From assembly GCA_048887225.1 (NCBI GenBank), contig JBHLJY010000008.1:32001-96000 (forward strand): 64,000 bases of DNA, read 5' to 3'. How positions within the stretch are numbered: position 1 is the stretch's first letter; each line of letters begins with the position of its first letter. The notes beneath the pieces were generated by a model, which was not told the origin of the DNA, did no database searches, and worked only from the letters and a program-made list of their open reading frames with translations. Shown here piece by piece: positions 30,931 through 40,627 of this stretch. The stretch is from Candidatus Hodarchaeota archaeon. Its GTDB lineage: Archaea; Asgardarchaeota; Lokiarchaeia; Sigyniarchaeales; SOKP01. The position numbers and the translations under genes are program-made.

Positions 30931-32853
30931 CTATTTCTTTGCCTCTTTTTTTTTTAATTTTCCAATTACAAAATCCATTCCAAGTTTCTTCAGAGTTGCG
31001 TCTGTCGGAATTCCTGTTTCTTTATCCCATCCACGTGCCTCGTAATATCCTGAAAGTAAAGTTTGGAAACCATTTTCATCCAATGTGACTCCCTTTGCAG
31101 GTCCTCTTGTATGAGCTTCCTTAAAAAATCTCTCTGGTGGATGATCATCTTTCCTTGTCCAGCCTTCTCTTATATTGAAACATTTCGAAAGAGTTACGAT
31201 TGCATCTCCTCTTTCGAGAATTGTCTTTTCAGTGTGAGGAATGCCTGTTACAAGTTCAAAAACTTTTGCCATTTCTGCATCGTTCTCATAAATACCTCTT
31301 GTGAACTTACAGATAATATATGAGTCTATTAGAGCGTAAACATCTTCAATATTTTTTATTGCTTTTCCACGTTCAACAGGTTTATCGTAGCTGAATCGAT
31401 CAAATGTTCCTTTAGCGTCTAAACCGTAGGCACCATTTCTTAGATGACATGCTCCTCGAATTGCGACACTCTCTCCTACTGCAAATGAATTCATACCATG
31501 AATATCAAATGCAGGCATCTCTAATCCTTTAATTTGCATAGCGTAATAACTTGCGTTTGTCCTTCCCATTTTTTCTAATCTTATACCTGCCATTTTTGTT
31601 CCGTCGGCAAAAATTTCTCCAGGAAAGCCCTTACCTAGTATCATTTCTTCGTTGAATCTAACCAAATTCTTTGTCGATCCAAAGGGTAATTCGTAGCCTA
31701 AATCTTCTTTTGTGATAATTCCTTCTTCGAAACAATCACATGCCATAGCACATGTAACACCTCCAGAAATGGCATCAATTCCTAAATCATCGCATTGTGT
31801 TATACATTTAAAGATTGTTGGCCAATCAGAATTACCACAAGAAGTACCATATCCATAAATTAACTCAACATCAACGCTGGCAACGAGATTAGGATAATCT
31901 GGATGTTTTTTAGGAACTCTAGCTAAATGATCACATGCAATAGAACATTGCGAGCAAGCTACCTTTTTAACTACCCATTCCTCGTTTAAAACTTCTCCGT
32001 TAATTATATCTACAATCTTATCCCACGAGCCTTCACGATGATTATTAACTGGAAACATCCCAAGTTTGTTATAACTTAAAAGTCCTGCAGGGGTACCTTG
32101 ATCTCGATATTTTGCTGTAGCAGGACCATTAGCTATTTTAATTAACTTTTTAGCAAGTTTATAAAATTCTACTGGATAAGCAACTTTAACTCCCTTTGTA
32201 CCCCTAAAACAAACCGCTTTTAAGTTTTTAGATCCCATTACAGCTCCCATTCCAGTCCTTCCAGCTTGTCTGTTTCTATCATTTGTAATACATGCCAATC
32301 TGGACATTCTTTCACCTGCTGGTCCAATAGCCATGACTGCTAGTCTTTGATCTTCGAATTCTTCTCTTAAGATTTCTTCTGTCTCCCAACAACCCTTCCC
32401 CCATATTGTATCTTTACAAGGGACTAGGTACCTATCATCATCGTCAACTACCAAATAAACTGGTTCAGCAGCTTTTCCTGTAAAGACAATCATATTAACT
32501 CCAGCACGTCGGGCTTGGGCTCCAACGCTTCCAGAAGAGACTGCCATACCGAACATTCCAGTTAATGGTGATTTGGCAAAAACTCCAAATTTAGAGCTTG
32601 TTGGTAAAATTGTCGTAGGAAAAGGACCCTGGGCATAAACGAACACATTATCTGGACTAAGAGGATCAATCCCAGGTTTTAACTCGTCCCATAGGACCTT
32701 AGCTGCAAAACCATACCCTCCTATCCAATCGCGACAAAATTCTGGAGACAACCTTGACTCTTTTATTGAACCGTTTGTTAAGTCAACATCTAGTCTAATT
32801 TGAGAATAACCGTGTACATCGTCTGGAACAGCTACATCTTTTGACTTAGACAT
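30931..32853 (-). CDS. aor: Tungsten-containing aldehyde:ferredoxin oxidoreductase (AOR/WOR) family enzyme
   Basis: KSPLTG, IGPAGE, GRTGMGAVMGSKNLKA, CSQCSIAC, CDDLGID, RGACH, ICKF, YYEARGWD; ATG 32853 (GTG 32862 possible). Confidence 0.92.
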   Translation of the reverse strand: MSKSKDVAVPDDVHGYSQIRLDVDLTNGSIKESRLSPEFCRDWIGGYGFAAKVLWDELKPGIDPLSPDNVFVYAQGPFPTTILPTSSKFGVFAKSPLTGMFGMAVSSGSVGAQARRAGVNMIVFTGKAAEPVYLVVDDDDRYLVPCKDTIWGKGCWETEEILREEFEDQRLAVMAIGPAGERMSRLACITNDRNRQAGRTGMGAVMGSKNLKAVCFRGTKGVKVAYPVEFYKLAKKLIKIANGPATAKYRDQGTPAGLLSYNKLGMFPVNNHREGSWDKIVDIINGEVLNEEWVVKKVACSQCSIACDHLARVPKKHPDYPNLVASVDVELIYGYGTSCGNSDWPTIFKCITQCDDLGIDAISGGVTCAMACDCFEEGIITKEDLGYELPFGSTKNLVRFNEEMILGKGFPGEIFADGTKMAGIRLEKMGRTNASYYAMQIKGLEMPAFDIHGMNSFAVGESVAIRGACHLRNGAYGLDAKGTFDRFSYDKPVERGKAIKNIEDVYALIDSYIICKFTRGIYENDAEMAKVFELVTGIPHTEKTILERGDAIVTLSKCFNIREGWTRKDDHPPERFFKEAHTRGPAKGVTLDENGFQTLLSGYYEARGWDKETGIPTDATLKKLGMDFVIGKLKKKEAKK

Positions 32854-33054
32854 GTTTTTCACATTAAAAAGTATTTTTTTTAATATAATTTAAAAATCTA
32901 TTTATTAAAGAGGTTTATTTATTTTAATTTTGATTGTTAATTTGAATAACTCATTTTTATTAATATTTATTTAAATGTTAAGAAATAATTTAAAATTCCT
33001 ATTTTTTTATTATTCATTTTGAAAATAAAATAGAAGGAAAAAAATCAAATTAGG

Positions 33055-33924
33055 CTATTTTTTTGGATGACCTAAAGCACAAACTTTTAGACAAACTGAA
33101 CAGTAATTATTATTTATTAAGCTTTCAATGCACTTTGAGCGATCTATATGTGTGATTACACCTGATCCTTTAACTTTCTCAATAGGTTTTTCAAAGGCGG
33201 CCCCACCTTTGCAATTTTTTATGCAAGCTCCGCATTTTTCGCAAAATTCTTTCATTTCGCTAAAATCTCTTTTTGAACTTTTTGTAATCTCTGCGTCAGT
33301 AGAAATTATAGCCCATCTTTGGCGAGGGCCGAATTCTGGAGTAATGATAAGTCCATTTCTTCCCATTATTCCTAGATTAGCTGCGACAGCATGAGCAGTA
33401 AATAAAAGTTTTCCTCCAAACGGATGATGAGCCTCTGCTTTATAGCCAAGATCTTTTAAATAATTTGTTAATTCAATAGTTTTTTCGCCTAATTCTTTAT
33501 AAACTCTAAACGCTTCTATGGCACCTAAAACACTTGGTGCTGTCTTAATTTTCTCCCATACCATTTCTTGTCCAAGTACTATACCGTTTTTGCCGTAGAT
33601 TTTGAGATTTTTAAAAACATAATTTTCGTCTATAGGCGTATATCCTATTTGGTCAATTCCCATTTTTTTTGCTTTCTTTTCAAATTCTTCCCAGAACTCA
33701 GTCGTAGTTTCTGTTTTAACATTGTTTTCGTTACCATCTTTGGTTTTTCGAGCCTCTTGAAATCCTTTAAAAGTATCTTTTATATATTTACTAAATTCTT
33801 TTGCAGTTTTGGGATCCAATCTCTTTTCAGGTGTCATTTTCATTGTAAAGAGTTTAGTTGGTGCAATAAAGATTAATCCCTCATTTTTACCAATCACAGT
33901 GGGTTTAATTTCTTCGGTAGCCAT
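33055..33924 (-). CDS. Cobalamin/Fe-S protein of the reductive dehalogenase / epoxyqueuosine reductase superfamily
   Basis: AVAANLGIMGRNGLIITPEFGPRQR, FCEKCGACIKNC, C..CSVCLKVC; no TAT signal. Confidence 0.75.
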   Translation of the reverse strand: MATEEIKPTVIGKNEGLIFIAPTKLFTMKMTPEKRLDPKTAKEFSKYIKDTFKGFQEARKTKDGNENNVKTETTTEFWEEFEKKAKKMGIDQIGYTPIDENYVFKNLKIYGKNGIVLGQEMVWEKIKTAPSVLGAIEAFRVYKELGEKTIELTNYLKDLGYKAEAHHPFGGKLLFTAHAVAANLGIMGRNGLIITPEFGPRQRWAIISTDAEITKSSKRDFSEMKEFCEKCGACIKNCKGGAAFEKPIEKVKGSGVITHIDRSKCIESLINNNYCSVCLKVCALGHPKK

Positions 33925-33988
33925 GTTATTACCCTCATTATTAGATAAAATTTTTACTTGTTATCATATTCATTACATTATAAAGATA

Positions 33989-36900
33989 ATGGTTTTAAAA
34001 ATTAACAGCTCTTATTATAATTGTCCTTTTTGTAGCAAGAATTTAGAGTCGAAATATTCAAAATGTTACAATATATATTGTCAAGGACAAAAATTTAACA
34101 TAGGCAATTTAGTTGTATACAGATTAAATCCTGATTTAGGCATAGGACGAATCATTAAGATATTAGAGATCCCCGCCTCAAAATCTTTAGAAGAGGAAGA
34201 CACTTACTTAATAAAAAAATACAAGGTATTATTTAGAGATAATATAGTTAAAGTTCTTCATCCAATTGACCTTGTACATCAAGTTTTTAAAAAAAACGAG
34301 AGGATAATCACTAAAATCGGTGAAGGTGTTATTAATTCTAATGATTTTTTCCTTAAGGAGGGAACTTTATCTTATGAGGTGTTATATCCAGACGGAAAAC
34401 TAACCCAAATTCAGGAAAATGCAATATATTCAAAATATGAAACTCCAATAAAAAAATTAATCTCAAGAAACGAGATTAATCCAACTGAAAATTTTTTAAT
34501 TAAATATTGGGCCAATCTTTTCCACTCATATTATACTTCTTATCAAATTAAATGTATAACCAATTCAAGATTATCATTAATGCCTCATCAAATAAATATT
34601 GCTCATAGATTATCTGAAGAATATTTTCCAAGTATGATATTAGCTGATGAGGTTGGTCTTGGTAAAACAATCGAAGCAGGTATTTATATAAAAGAAATGC
34701 TAGCTAGAGGGTTAGCTGAGCGCGTATTAATAATAGTTCCTGCAACATTAGTCCAACAGTGGAAATTTGAGATGGAAAACAAATTTAACATTGATTTTAA
34801 GATCTACGACGGAAAAAAAATTAAAGAGTTAAATAGAAGGGGAAGTCCTGTTATTCCAGAATTACTTCATAATCCGTTCTATTATGATAATGTAATAATT
34901 TGTTCGCTACAATTCGTAAGGAATCCGAAATATCGAGAATTATTGTCTGAAATATTATGGGATATTGTCATTTTTGATGAGGCTCACCATTTAAGGAGAT
35001 ACCTGATAAATGCTGTAACGGGTAATTACCGTGAAACCCTTAATTTTACTTTAGCAAAAAAATTAAGTCAAAATTGTGAAAGTTTATTACTTTTAACCGC
35101 TACTCCATTACAATTACACCCATTTGAATTATATTCGTTAATAGACTTAATACATCCAGAAGCGTTTGATAATTATTCAGATTTCGAACATTTTCGAAAA
35201 AATATGCCATTTATTAATCTTTTAGTGTCAAATTTGACTCATCTTGACAATTTAAATACTTTTGAATTAAAAAACATGATAAAACTACTAAAAGAGCTTA
35301 ATTACGTTGATAAAAAGAAGAATGATGATAAAATACTCGCTCAACTGAAAAGTCTATCCTTTAGAAATAGAATAATTAATAAAATTGAGAAAGATCATAC
35401 ATTATCGAGATTCCTAATAAGAAATCGAAAAAAAAATGTTATCTCGAAAGATTTTTTGAATAGACGAATTGTTAAAACAATTATCGTTAATCCAACTCAG
35501 CAAGAATTAGATATTTACAATGAAATCCGCTTATATTTAGCGAAAATTTTTAACGCTTCAATTAATAAAAAGGATAATATTGGGCTCGGATTTGTTATTA
35601 CTACCCTGCAAAAATTATTGACGAGTTCTAAATATGCGTTTATGAGAAGTATTGAGCGAAGATTAGAGCAAATTAAAAATTTTAAAGAAATTAAATTTGA
35701 AACTCTTGAAGAAGAAGATCCTGAATACTACTTATTAGAACTTGAAGACCAATATATTGATTTAGGAGCAGATGAACTAAATCAAGATCAAGAAAGTGAT
35801 AAGGAAATTCTTGACCTCTTCAATCAAGAAAAGATTTTGAAAGATTTTTATGACAAATTAAAAAGAAGCCCTTACGATTCTAAATCTGATGAGTTAATTA
35901 ATCTCCTTTACCAAATTCATGAAAATAATAAAGATGAAAAGATAATAATCTTTACGCAATTTGTTGATACTTTATTTTTCATTAAAAATAAGCTAACAGG
36001 ATTAGGTTATTACGTTGAAACCTTCTATGGAGGTTTGAATAAGAAAGAAAAGGATGAAGCTGTGGAAAGATTCAGAACAACTAAAAACTTCGCGATTTTA
36101 TTATCGACTGAGATTGGTGGTGAAGGTAGAAATTTTCAATTTTGTAGAATAATGATAAATTTTGACTTGCCCTGGAATCCAATGAAATTAGAGCAAAGAA
36201 TAGGAAGATTAGACAGAATTGGACAGGAATCGAGAGAAATCTATATTTACAATTTCTTTTTAGAAGGAACTATTGAAACAGATATCGTATTTGCTTTAAA
36301 TAAAAGGATAAATTTATTTGAGGAATCTATTGGAGTATTAGAACCAATAATCGGAAAGATTGAAAAAGATATTAAAAACTTAATCTTTTCGTTTCCAAAA
36401 GAAAAACAGAGAAAAATAAGGGAATTTAGCTTCAATCTTGAAAAACAGATTCAGAAGGCAAAAGAAATTGAAATGCAATTAGATGACTTAATGATTGATA
36501 AAAAATCATTTCAAATTGATGGATTAATCTCATCTTTCGCTGTTTGTAATGATGTTAAACTTAGCCATACTGAATTATTCCATTTGATAAATTATTTTTT
36601 TAATTTGAAGGATCAAAGATTCGGTTATATAGAAAATATAAAAGAAAATAACGAATTTATTACAAAAATTTCTATTAATAGTTCTTTACTTCATTACCCG
36701 AAATTGCAATTATCTAGGGAATATTACGGAACTTTTAGTTTAGATCTTGCTAGAAATAAAGAGGAAATTGATTTTTTTGCTTTAGGACATCCATTAATTG
36801 ATACGATATTAGATTATTGCAGAAGTAATTTATTTCAGGGTACATTTACTATCCTTAATCTAAAGAGAGAATTTTTACCAACGAATTTAGAAATCAATAT

Positions 36901-37555
36901 TGATACTAATGGATCTCTCTATCTCTTTGTTTTTATAATTAAATTTCAAGGGTATATCTTAGAGAACCAAATTTCGGCCATAGTTATAGATGAAAACGGT
37001 TTTGAAATTAATAACATGGCAGATTTTATTTTAAATATAGAAAATTATAATATTATTTTTGATTTTAATGAATTTCCTCGAAATAAAATTTATTTAAATC
37101 AAAAAGTTTTCGAAGAGCTAATTCGAAAATCGAAAAATTCTGTAAAATCCAAGACTTCTCTATGGAAAAGAGAAATTAAGGCTCTAAACGATAAAATTTT
37201 TAATTTAGAGAGGTCTAAAAGAGAAAAAATATATGAACATAAACGGAAGGCTCTAAGTATTAAATTAGAATCCTTAAAACAAAAATTAGAAAAAATGATA
37301 AATCAAAGACCAACTGAACGACAGAAACAAAATATTAATAACTTAAAGGATAAGAAAAAGAAAAAAAAAAAGTTAGAAAAAATTGAAAAATTAGAAGAAG
37401 AAATTAGATTTACTGATATAGAGATTAGAAAGATAGGAGAAAAATTAGATGATCTTGCTTTTGAGTACGAAGATTTAAAAAATGATATGAAAAAAAGAAA
37501 TCTTGGTAAATTTTATACAAATTTATTGGCATTAGCTATAATTCTGATTGTTTAA
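33989..37555 (+). CDS. SNF2-family ATPase, RapA/HepA-like, with N-terminal Cys4 motif
   Basis: LADEVGLGKT, DEAHH, LLLTATP, EGRNFQF, DLPWNPMKLEQRIGRLDRIGQ, FFALGHPLI; start moved to ATG 33989 to remove the overlap with the divergent gene. Confidence 0.88.
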   Translation: MVLKINSSYYNCPFCSKNLESKYSKCYNIYCQGQKFNIGNLVVYRLNPDLGIGRIIKILEIPASKSLEEEDTYLIKKYKVLFRDNIVKVLHPIDLVHQVFKKNERIITKIGEGVINSNDFFLKEGTLSYEVLYPDGKLTQIQENAIYSKYETPIKKLISRNEINPTENFLIKYWANLFHSYYTSYQIKCITNSRLSLMPHQINIAHRLSEEYFPSMILADEVGLGKTIEAGIYIKEMLARGLAERVLIIVPATLVQQWKFEMENKFNIDFKIYDGKKIKELNRRGSPVIPELLHNPFYYDNVIICSLQFVRNPKYRELLSEILWDIVIFDEAHHLRRYLINAVTGNYRETLNFTLAKKLSQNCESLLLLTATPLQLHPFELYSLIDLIHPEAFDNYSDFEHFRKNMPFINLLVSNLTHLDNLNTFELKNMIKLLKELNYVDKKKNDDKILAQLKSLSFRNRIINKIEKDHTLSRFLIRNRKKNVISKDFLNRRIVKTIIVNPTQQELDIYNEIRLYLAKIFNASINKKDNIGLGFVITTLQKLLTSSKYAFMRSIERRLEQIKNFKEIKFETLEEEDPEYYLLELEDQYIDLGADELNQDQESDKEILDLFNQEKILKDFYDKLKRSPYDSKSDELINLLYQIHENNKDEKIIIFTQFVDTLFFIKNKLTGLGYYVETFYGGLNKKEKDEAVERFRTTKNFAILLSTEIGGEGRNFQFCRIMINFDLPWNPMKLEQRIGRLDRIGQESREIYIYNFFLEGTIETDIVFALNKRINLFEESIGVLEPIIGKIEKDIKNLIFSFPKEKQRKIREFSFNLEKQIQKAKEIEMQLDDLMIDKKSFQIDGLISSFAVCNDVKLSHTELFHLINYFFNLKDQRFGYIENIKENNEFITKISINSSLLHYPKLQLSREYYGTFSLDLARNKEEIDFFALGHPLIDTILDYCRSNLFQGTFTILNLKREFLPTNLEINIDTNGSLYLFVFIIKFQGYILENQISAIVIDENGFEINNMADFILNIENYNIIFDFNEFPRNKIYLNQKVFEELIRKSKNSVKSKTSLWKREIKALNDKIFNLERSKREKIYEHKRKALSIKLESLKQKLEKMINQRPTERQKQNINNLKDKKKKKKKLEKIEKLEEEIRFTDIEIRKIGEKLDDLAFEYEDLKNDMKKRNLGKFYTNLLALAIILIV

Positions 37556-39945
37556 AGTGTGAGATTATTTTTTTCCTCGGTCTTTGAGGAGGCTTTGCTA
37601 GTTTTAGCTGACGACTCTGAGACTCGTTTCTTTTTGACTCGAAGATATAGATATATTAAAAAAGCTACTGATCCTGCCACTATAGCAATGACAACAATAA
37701 TTATTGTTATAACTATTATATCTGTATCGCAAGTATTGTTTTCAATAACATTGCCTTCACTGATATCTTGATAAATACATTCTTTATTGCCCTTTAGATC
37801 ATTTTCTCTTACTATGTTATTATCACTTATGTACAAATATATTCCATAATTATCGTTATTGTGCACTGTGTTTTTCTCAATTGTATTATCATCGCTTAAG
37901 AATAAGTGAATCCCATTATCTTCATTATCGTTAACTGTATTATCCTCAATTTCATTATCATCACTATTACGTAAATATATTCCATCATTTTCATTTTCAT
38001 TTGCCTCATTATCTTTAATAACATTATCATCGCAAGTAGATAGAAATATTCCATTATCATCGTTTTCATTTGCTTCGTTATCCTCTATGGTATTATCATC
38101 GCTAGTAGAAATATAAAACCCATTATTTCCGTTTTTATTTGCTTTATTTCTCTCAATTGTATTATCTGTGCTCCCAGATATATACATACCATTATCTCCA
38201 TTAGATTTCGCAATATTACCTGAAATTATAGAGCTTGAACAATAACTTAGTTCTATCCCCTTAAAAATGTTAAAACTTGCTATATTCCCCGTAATTGTAT
38301 TAAGAAGACACGAGTACAGTTTTAAGCCACAATAATTATTCGAAGTAATTGTATTTGAAGAAACAATGAAGGAATTACAATCGTATAAATATAATCCATA
38401 ATGATTATTGCCCGTCGCTATATTGTTTAAAACTCTACCACTATTACTATTCCTAGTATATATCCCATCATAATTGCTATTTGCGGTATTTTGCGACACT
38501 ATTATTCCGTTGCTGTTATAAATATAAATTCCAGATTTTTGATTATTATTTGCAGTATTATCTGATACTAGAATATTATCATCATTATCAATATATATCC
38601 CATACTCATTGTTATTTGCGTCATTATCTGAAATATTGTTTTTATCACCGTTAATTAAATATATCCCATAATTTCTATTTCCCTCTGTATAACTTTCCCA
38701 GATTGTATTATTTATTCCGTTATATATATATATCCCATGGTAATTATTGGAGGAGGAATTAATGTTTGAGACTATAATATTATTGGAATGAAATAACGAA
38801 ATTCCAATTGAACCGTGAGTTACATTTAAGTCTTCCATAACTGAGTCATTACAATTAATTAAAATGACTTGCCCTGCATCTTTGAAGTCATTTGCCTTTA
38901 AATTATTTTGACTTTTATTGTAATATAGTTGTTTATCATTAACAAAGTTAGTATTGTCCATCGAAATCGATAACATTAAGTTCTTTAAATCCCCCTCAAT
39001 TTGTACACCACAAAGTGTCATATTGTTTCCTAAGATAGTTATGTTATAGCTCAAAAACAAAAATATACCATTATTAACGTTTTGAAATGCGGTATTATTT
39101 ATAATATTTGTATAATTGCTGCGTTCTATATATAAACCATGCAAATTATTTTTATCTACATTATTCTCTGAAAATGTATTATTAAGTCCTCTTACTAAAT
39201 ATATGCCATTGTCTAAATTTTCACTTATATTGTTTTTAACTATTGTAATGTTGTTACTTTGTCTTATATATATTCCATTATCACTATTTCTGGTAATGTT
39301 GTTATTTAAAATTCTAGTGTGATTACTAAATTCTAGATTTATCCCATCTCTGGAATTGCTGGTGATATTGTTATTAGTAATGTTATTAAAATTACTTGTT
39401 AAGAATTTAATGCCATAACTATTTCCATTTAAAGAATTACCTGATATTGTATTATTGGTACAATTAGCCATATATATTCCAAAATAATTAGAGGTGCAAT
39501 TATTATCAATCAATGTTCCATTATTAGTATCGATTAACATAATTCCCGCATTAGAACCACCTGAACCAGAATTAACTATCGTACAGTTTTCAATTCTAAA
39601 ATACACGCTAGAATTTCCGATGATTATACCACTTCCCGAGCCACCAGCGTCAATAGTAACATTCTCGATAAGATATACATTACCAATTAAATCACACCAC
39701 GATTGACTTGCCGCCCACGTCCAATTATGTGCATCAACACCAGTAGCACTTCCATCAATAGTAATATTATTAAGCACCCAAAATTCAGAAGGCTTAGGAT
39801 CTTTTAATTTGCTTTCTAATTTAACTTTTAAATCCTTGTTTTGATTAATTTGTTCATTATTTAAATTGATGTGATAACTACTTAATGCCAAGAAAAAGAT
39901 TCCTAATATTAATAATAAGAACTTTTTTTTTGAGATTTGTTTCAA
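37552..39945 (-). CDS. NosD/CASH parallel beta-helix surface protein with C-terminal TM anchor
   Basis: Many ~22-aa GIYLxxSxxNxIxxN repeats, N-terminal signal, C-terminal TM and basic tail. Confidence 0.88.
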   Translation of the reverse strand: MKQISKKKFLLLILGIFFLALSSYHINLNNEQINQNKDLKVKLESKLKDPKPSEFWVLNNITIDGSATGVDAHNWTWAASQSWCDLIGNVYLIENVTIDAGGSGSGIIIGNSSVYFRIENCTIVNSGSGGSNAGIMLIDTNNGTLIDNNCTSNYFGIYMANCTNNTISGNSLNGNSYGIKFLTSNFNNITNNNITSNSRDGINLEFSNHTRILNNNITRNSDNGIYIRQSNNITIVKNNISENLDNGIYLVRGLNNTFSENNVDKNNLHGLYIERSNYTNIINNTAFQNVNNGIFLFLSYNITILGNNMTLCGVQIEGDLKNLMLSISMDNTNFVNDKQLYYNKSQNNLKANDFKDAGQVILINCNDSVMEDLNVTHGSIGISLFHSNNIIVSNINSSSNNYHGIYIYNGINNTIWESYTEGNRNYGIYLINGDKNNISDNDANNNEYGIYIDNDDNILVSDNTANNNQKSGIYIYNSNGIIVSQNTANSNYDGIYTRNSNSGRVLNNIATGNNHYGLYLYDCNSFIVSSNTITSNNYCGLKLYSCLLNTITGNIASFNIFKGIELSYCSSSIISGNIAKSNGDNGMYISGSTDNTIERNKANKNGNNGFYISTSDDNTIEDNEANENDDNGIFLSTCDDNVIKDNEANENENDGIYLRNSDDNEIEDNTVNDNEDNGIHLFLSDDNTIEKNTVHNNDNYGIYLYISDNNIVRENDLKGNKECIYQDISEGNVIENNTCDTDIIVITIIIVVIAIVAGSVAFLIYLYLRVKKKRVSESSAKTSKASSKTEEKNNLTL

Positions 39946-40065
39946 TGTTAATCTTTCTCTTGAAGTAGATTTTGATAAGTTATTCTATTCAATATGAATT
40001 TAAAACTTATCTAATTTTTCATAATTTAAAGCTCAATTAATTATAAAACAAAAAAAGAGTGAAAT

Positions 40066-40581
40066 TTAAGTTTTAATTAATTTTCGAACTAATTGAAGAA
40101 ATGCTTCTTCAACATTATCACCTGTCTTTGCCGAAGTCTCAATATAAATACTTCCTTCATTTTCAGCAAATTTTTGGGCTTCACTTCTTTCTACTACTTC
40201 ACCAATATCTTCAAGCAAATCAGCCTTATTTCCGATTAATATAAAAGGAACTTTATTTCCAGCAAATTGGCGAAATTCATTAAGCCACTTTTTTATATCT
40301 TTATAAGTTTGCCCTCTAGAGAGGTCAAACACTAATAGAGCACCTCTAGCCCCATCATAAAAACGATTACGCATGAATTTAAATCGTTCCTGTCCGCCGA
40401 TATCCCATATTGTAATCCTTACAGAATCTGGACCTATTTCCACTGTTTTTGTTAAAAAATCTACCCCAATAGTCAATTCATATTTTTCAGAGAATCTATT
40501 ATGCACGAATCTTTCAAGTAAACTTGTCTTACCGACAGCTCCAGGGCCGATAAGGATTACTTTAAATATGAATTTAGACAT
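40066..40581 (-). CDS. Rab-like small GTPase
   Basis: GPGAVGKTS, TIGVDF, WDIGGQERF, GNKADL, ETSAKTG; no C-terminal prenylation Cys. Confidence 0.93.
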   Translation of the reverse strand: MSKFIFKVILIGPGAVGKTSLLERFVHNRFSEKYELTIGVDFLTKTVEIGPDSVRITIWDIGGQERFKFMRNRFYDGARGALLVFDLSRGQTYKDIKKWLNEFRQFAGNKVPFILIGNKADLLEDIGEVVERSEAQKFAENEGSIYIETSAKTGDNVEEAFLQLVRKLIKT

Positions 40582-40627
40582 ATGCTTACATTAAAAGTGA
40601 TTATATAATTTATAACTTAAATAGATA

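Noticed and set aside
30931-32853. AOR as a true BamB benzoyl-CoA reductase
   Set aside because: Retains an AOR-type acidic motif and RGACH; no bamD-like or aromatic-degradation genes nearby, so only the architectural analogy is kept
33809-33988. N-terminal 60 aa of the 1248-aa SNF2 ORF
   Set aside because: Overlaps the divergent 33055-33924 gene in antisense; ATG 33989 is the plausible start
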